The notes under the pieces were generated by a model. It worked only from the letters and a program-made list of their open reading frames with translations. It was not told the DNA's origin and ran no database searches. Position numbers and translations under genes: made by a program. DNA of 64,000 bases from Amoebidium appalachense (lineage: Eukaryota; Protista; Ichthyosporea). Below are positions 57,396 to 64,000 of this stretch, piece after piece (position 1 is the first letter of the stretch; every line of letters begins with the position of its first letter). The stretch spans positions 7,229,093 to 7,293,092 of the forward strand of contig CAVNZM010000004.1 in the NCBI GenBank assembly GCA_963693365.1. Reading direction: 5' to 3'.

Positions 57396-58904
57396 CATGC
57401 ACGCACGCACACGCGCGCGCGCACACACACTGAGGCGCACACCTCCACGGCTGTGTCTTTCAACTCGCCGCCGTCCTTGTCCATACCAAAACAGAAAAAA
57501 GAACCTGCCGCTTAGTTACGCTTCAGCACCACACTTCCTATTCTCACTTTCAAAAGCCTCACACTATATTTACGAAAAGAGGTAGCGGCAAGACACGTTT
57601 GTTAGAGAGATTAAGTACTGACTCTCCTAAGGTTCAAGTTATACAACTTGTTTATTTATGTATGTAGTAGCAGAGGTGACACCTGAAAGAAAACAAATGA
57701 AATCCCATGATTCTGAACCGTGTTGAAAATGAAATGAGCCACCAGGGTTCGAAATGTCTGTCGGTTACATGCAACTCTTGTGTGACTACAGTCAGCACAT
57801 ATGCATGTGCAACTTATAAAAGGCGTCCGGCAAGCCGGGAGGGAAAAATAGGAAAAGAAATATAAAGAAAGCTTACCTCCTTATATAACTTATCATATTT
57901 AGCTTGGTAAAAGCACATTGTAAGTTTGTGCTCTACTGCCCTGCACTCATGCAAAATCATGCACTTGAATAGAGGGGGGTAAGGTGTGAGGGAGTATCCA
58001 TGCCCGACCCACCTCGAGGGTTGGTTCTACTGTTTTTTGATGTTCAAAAAAACATAGAATGAGACTAGTTCTTTCACGAGGCGTTTAAAAAAAATGAATA
58101 ATTATTAACGTAAAATTTGGAGACTAATATGCACGATATGGTAGCGGCAGCCGTTGCAACCGTTCCTTTGTAGAGCGTCCACGTCATTACGTATTCATCG
58201 AATCATTGCTATCTTTACATCGCTCTTGACCTTCCTGATTGGTTCCCTTTAACAACCAATCGAATTTCCTATTCTATGCCCATTTGCATTCCTGGAATCC
58301 TCATTGCAAACCCTGTCTGCGGAAGCTCGAGCTTGTGATTCATGAACTCAGCAGTCAGCACGATGTTCAACCACGTGCTCTGACTGGACCAGTGGGCACG
58401 AGTGGGTGGGTGGGCGAGAAGAAGGGGGTAGGAGGGGAGGGTGGGTGGGTGGGTGGGTGAGTGGGTGGGAAGGTGGGTGGTTGGATGGGTGAGACGAAGC
58501 CGAGGGAGCAGGGACGGAGGGACGGAGGGAATCGAGGGGATCCGGAGCCTCATCCAGATCTGTATTGATGCGGAGCTCGACGAGGTCCCGCTAGTCACTG
58601 TGCACGTGACCCGGGGTGGGCCTGGGTGGTATACGGCTGTGTGATTGGCACCGTACGTGTGGCCCATATGGCATGGTGGGTGGTCATGAGCTGTGAGGGA
58701 AGCACAAAAGGAGGATGCATATGCGGCACGGGGTAGCACCGGATGGCCCGGGCTGGAGGGAAGAAAGTACACTACTACTTCAAGACAATTGTACTTGTAT
58801 TACGTTCTAATATTAAATAGCGATCAGCTACGTATGGGGGGGTACTTCGATTCATTATCACTGATATATCTGGGAGGTATACATACATACATACATACAT
58901 ACAG

Positions 58905-59243
58905 AAGTCATGGAAAGGAGGAGGGAAATCACGGAGGGAGGGAGACCTCCTAGGCCTAGGGGTGAAGTGGTGGACTTCCATTTTAGCCGCTGGCCGGAGA
59001 GCCACATTGGTGACGTCATTCTGTGCACAATTTTCATGACGCCGGCCCCTGAAAAGGGCGCGAAGAAACTGGCTCTGTCGAATGTCGACATCGCATTTGA
59101 GAAATGTGGCTCTTGGGTGGGTCCGCGCCCAGACGCTAAAATGGGAGAAGCGGTGGTTGGTTTAAGTGGTGGTGGTGGTGGTGGTGGTGGTGGTGTGTGT
59201 GTGTGTGTGTGGTGGTGGTGGTGGTGGTGGTGGTGGTGGTGGT

Positions 59244-59287
<44 letters not shown>

Positions 59288-59830
59288 TGAGTCATGGAGA
59301 GAGAGAGGGAGGGAAATATTAATCACGGGAGGGAGGTGAGCCTCAGGGAGCTCGAGGGAAATTTATCACGATGGGAGGGAGGGAAATCACGGAGGGAGGG
59401 AGGGGAGGGGGGAGTCATGCCATATCTAGAGAGGGACGGAAATCCAGGGAGGGAGGGAGGGAAATCACGGAGGGAGGGAGGGAAATCGCGGACTGGGGGG
59501 GGGGGGGGGGGGGGGGGGTTAGTCATAAAGAGAGGGACCGAAATCCGGGGAGGGAGGGAGGGAGGGAAGTTTCATGGAGGGAGGGAGGGAATTCATGCAT
59601 GATCGTACGGAGGTCTAGCTAGGGAGGGAGGGAGGGGCACCGAAGTCATGGAGGGAGGCCTAGGGTCCGGATCCGGGAATTCGAACTCATGGAGAGGAGG
59701 GAATTCGCGGAGGGCCGGGGGAAAGTGAGGAGTGTGAAGTCATGGATGGAGGGAGGGAAATCACGGACGGAGGCTATATAGGGAGCGATTTTAAGTCACT
59801 GAGGGAGGGAGGGAAGTCACGGATGGAGCA
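58905..59830. repeat. Degenerate purine-rich minisatellite (AGTCATGGA...GAGGGAAATCACGGAGGGAG)
   Basis: About ten variants of the two submotifs between the DUF1295 5' region and the SH3BP5-like 3' end. Confidence 0.75.
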
Positions 59831-60264
59831 CATGTACACCGGTGAGGAGGTATGTTGCGGGGGCGGGGAGGGAGCTGCTGTGAAGTAGGCCATACACAGA
59901 GAGCTGCATTCACGGAGGGAAGGAAACGACATATTTATTGCCCCTTGATGAGACACACGTGTGTGCTTCTTGTAGATATTTCCTGTCTTAAACTTGCTTT
60001 GTGGTGAGCTTGCCAACCGAACACTATACATGTATCACATGATCTTATCTTATTTTGGCTGGCAGTGCTGACGTCGACAATTTCATACACATCTTCATGG
60101 CCAACCCAGTTACATGGCAACTGTCGTGATATAAAAAATATAATTAAATATCATGGATACGAGAGAGCTGTTTCAGAAGAACATATGTTGCTACATGATA
60201 GAAAGTGTTTCGCAACAAAATATAGGTCATGCAGCAGAAATACATAGGCCCTAGGGGCTGTGTG

Positions 60265-60354
<90 letters not shown>

Positions 60355-60703
60355 GTGCGTGTGTGTCTTTGTGTATGTGAATCTGTCAACACACATGCGT
60401 GCACACACCCTCACAAACACATCCAAAATTACACAAAGCTACGGATGCACTCCAAATCCCCCCTCCCCTCCCCCCAACTCCAACCCCCCCCTCCCCCCCC
60501 CCCCCCAAAAAAAAAAAGCCTTAGCCTGAATTAAAAGAGAAAAATCTTATTTACACACCCACCCCTGTACATTATAGTCCAAAACATACGCAATGGTTTC
60601 TTTAGTGATCCATATATATACATCCCCACCGGATACCACACGCCCTTTATTTCATTCATATTATCAAACGTCTTCAACTGCCCTCACACCCACTCCATCG
60701 ATA

Positions 60704-61491
60704 TCAAGTTACATGCTCTATCGCTCCCTCCCCCTCTTTAGTTTCACACTCACCCACTTCATCATTTCCAGACTGCTCCTTCTCCCAAGACTCGATCGAA
60801 TTTCCGTTCCCTCCAGATTGTCTTTCCTCCTTGTTATCAACTGCTCCACTCACTTCATCATTTACTGCTTGCTCAGGCCCCTCATGGGATCCGGTAGGTG
60901 TAGTTGATTGGTTCCCTATTACATCTCCTTCCTCGTTTTCTTCATCGCCACCACTCGCCGTTGAAGTTCCCACATTCTCAACCCCATCTCTATCTTTCGG
61001 CCCCTCGGACTCCCCGCCCACCTCTTTCTCGCTTGTCGCTGCAATTTTACCCTCCTCGCTATGCACGTGACTCTCCTCCAATCGGCTGTTTTCTACCAGG
61101 GGATCTGCCAATCGCTCGGTTTCCTTAGATGGGTCCAGCTCCTCTTCTTGTTTCTGATTGGTTCCTGCCGATTCTTCCGATTTCCCGCCCTCCCCTTTTG
61201 GCAAATCTGATTGGTTCACAACTTTGCCTGCCTCTCCAGAAATTTCTACGCTCTGTTCTTTTTGTTGCTCCGTCGCTATGCAACCGTTTGTAAGGACACT
61301 TCCTATTGGCTGAGGTTTGAGTGTTTCTTCCGATTTGGAACTCTTTGGGAGAGGGGGCGTCAATATTGCGGGCGCCGATAGGTAATCGGTATCCTGCGAT
61401 TGGTCGAGTGAGGTCTCCAACGTGAGATCCGATAGAACTCCGAGACACCAGGCTGTATGTTTCCTGTACCGCGTGTGTGTGTGTGTGTGTG

Positions 61492-61526
<35 letters not shown>

Positions 61527-62278
61527 GGGAGGGGTGCATTCACAGGTGTGTATGCAAACATGTGTTAGCACTAGTGTGTGCACGTGTGTGTGCGCTCATC
61601 TTTTTGTGTGCATGGGGGTATGTGCATGTATGTGAGTGTAAGTCAACAATGTAGGTACGTGTACGCACCGCCCACATGCATAAATGTACATTCACATCGT
61701 GCCAAAGCAATGCATAGGCGTCAAGGGAAATAGTAAGATGTACAACTGACGTCATTTGTCGAGTGTTGACAAAGTCCTCTATCATAAACTGTACCCCCCC
61801 CCCCCTCCCCCTCCCCCCCCCCCCCCACATGCACACGCACGCACACAGACGCGCGCGCGCACACACACACACCCACACCCACACCCACACACACATACCC
61901 ACACACACACCCACACGCCCACCCACCCACCCACCCTCCCCCTCCCCTCCCCCCTCCCCGTCCCCGCCCCTCCCCTTCCCCCCCCTCCTCCCCTCCATTC
62001 CCCCTCCCCCCTCTCTCTCTCCCCCCAAACACACAACCGCGCACACACCCACACACAGACACACGCACCTAGCCCTAGTTGCCTCCTCGACCAGCCTGTC
62101 CAGCTGAGCCTGTGTGGCCACTATGTCTCTCTCCACCGCCTCCTTCACCTCGTAGTAGCCTGACGCCTTCTCAAGGTAGCCCCTGCATGGGTTAAGTAGG
62201 TTAAGTCTTGGTTAGAAAAACTTGATTGGTTGATGTTGGATAGAATATAGATAATGCATGGATGCTTAACATATCGAT

Positions 62279-62318
<40 letters not shown>

Positions 62319-63305
62319 TTCCCCCCCTCCTCTCCCCTCAAAAATTTCTCTCCCTCTCTCGTCGTCTCCTGGTCCCGTCCATTCCCCCCACTCCCCCCCC
62401 CCCCCCCCCCCCCCACCCACCCCAAACACACACAGGCACTCATAGAGCCAAACACATACGTCATGCCACCATTGCTTACCCATCAAACCTTTCACAGACT
62501 ACCGCAGGAGCCCACACATCCTCCCCCCCCCCCTCCCCCCGCCCCCTCTTTTCCACCGTAGCCCACCCACATTCCACCATGCAGCGAACTCCTCCCCCGA
62601 CCTTTCCGTTCAATAAATATTTGTCCACACACGGATGCAGCCCCCTTCCTTCAACCTCCCCCCTTTCAACCTTCCACTAACCTCCCCCCCTCCCCCCCCC
62701 CCCCCTCCCCTCCCCCCCCCCCCCCCCCCGGAAAAAATTAAAAAAAAACTTCACCCCATCCCCCCCCCCCACCCAATCCTCATCTTTTTCACCACCCCCC
62801 CTCCCCCCCCCCCCCCCCCCCCCCCTCCCCCTCCCCCCAACCCGCCCCTCCGCCCCCAACAATGACACACACACACCCACACCCACACACACCCCCACAC
62901 ACGCACACACACCTGCACAGCTCGTTCTGCTCAACCACGCCTGCCCTTGCCGTCTCGACCCGCTGTGTTGCCTGCCTGTGCTCGAGCTCTACCCTCTGAA
63001 GCTCCGCCCGGCATTCCTCAACCTGCAAAACATCGTCTATCTTAGTGGAGGGAAGAACCCTTTGACTTGACTTTATTTATTTATTTATTCTTTCTTTCTT
63101 TCTTTTTTTCTTTTTTTTTTTTGTGTGCGTGTGTGGGGGGGGGGGGGGGGGGGGGGGAGGGGGGGGGGGGAGGGGGGGGGGGGGGAGAGGGGGGGCCGAG
63201 GAGAGGGGAGAGGGGGAAGCATTTTCGTGATAAGTAATGTGTGTGCTAGTTGAGTAAAGTGGCACGCACGTTTGCTTCTAATCCTGTGGCCCCCTGTGTG
63301 CGGGT

Positions 63306-63339
<34 letters not shown>

Positions 63340-63810
63340 CTTCTTTTTCCGTCGGGCATCCGCGGGGGAGGGGGGGGGGGGGGGGGGGGGGAGGAGGGTA
63401 GAATGGGTCTAGTATGAAGTACACAATCAATTACAACACAAAGCCGAGTGAAAAAGCACACATAAAGACTTAAATCATAAGCAGAGCCCATCCTGGGGCA
63501 GGGGTGGGGTGGGGTGGGGTGGAGTGGGATGGGGGTGGGCACGAGATGGGCTCTGCCTATAATGCATACTTACCCTCCCAAAGTGTTGTGTTAAAAAAAA
63601 AAATGTGTATGCTGCATTGGTGAAAACCCAGATAATAAGGCCAAAATTTAACTTGATATTTTAAACATTTTAACAACCTACCCTCATTGCAGCATTATTC
63701 AGGGCCTCCTGCGTCTGCAGGCTTATGGCCACAGCCACACCGGCCCCGGCCATGGCCCCTTCGACCTCAGCCATTAGCTGCCGCTCACACTCGCGCTGCT
63801 CCGCTCGTGC
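60704..63810 (-). CDS. SH3BP5/SH3BP5L-like coiled-coil protein (Rab11 GEF family) with long acidic tail; 5' exons beyond the window
   Basis: Exons 63810-63682, 63022-62913, 62182-62069, 61463-60704(stop), phases consistent. The joined peptide QEALNNAAMRVEECRAELQRVELEHRQATQR...YLEKASGYYEVKEAV...RARKHTAWCLGVLSDLT matches by eye, with the same spacing, the SH3BP5 pattern QEMLNHATQRVMEAE...H...AINKSKPYFELK...AK.EY..AL.NLE.IS. Confidence 0.7.
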
Positions 63811-64000
63811 CTGATTTTAAAAGTTTAAACATAAGAAATTATTAACTTTAAAAGACCATCATAATTAAACGCTCCAACTCTGGCCCATTCGACTGAAGCC
63901 ATTAGCTGCCGCCATTAGCTGCCACTCACATTCGCGCTGCTCCGCTCGTGCCTGATTCTAAAAGTTTTAACATAACGTTCTATAAACTTTAAACAGACTA

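Overview
Eukaryotic, intron-rich genomic DNA with very dense simple repeats (long C/G runs, (CA)n/(GT)n, (GA)n). Almost all ORFs in the supplied track are microsatellite translations. Reading splice sites and checking exon phase by hand gives five spliced genes: (1) the 3' part of a class C (7tm_3-like) GPCR whose ectodomain resembles a bacterial sugar-binding protein (+, <278-6778); (2) a 17-exon LBP/BPI-family gene (-, 24602-9038); (3) an 11-exon, 849-aa type II membrane protein with a glycosyltransferase-like domain and an alginate-lyase-like domain lacking the catalytic motifs (+, 37958-46599); (4) a 7-exon DUF1295/steroid 5-alpha-reductase-like gene (-, 56937-50611); (5) the 3' part of an SH3BP5-like Rab11-GEF gene (-, >63810-60704). 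Also present: a 5'-truncated Ty1/copia element with a probable 3' LTR, a TA-flanked MITE, a 41-bp TIR micro-element with an 8-bp target duplication, and several minisatellites. The gene mix suggests a unicellular holozoan such as an ichthyosporean (inference only). The strongest unexplained signals are (a) simple repeats that follow transcript polarity at splice sites (C-runs or (GT)n after donors, (CA)n before acceptors) and (b) a ~200-bp intronic repeat family that runs into poly(C), lies sense to its host genes and has a box C/D-like core. All family assignments come from motif recognition, not database searches.
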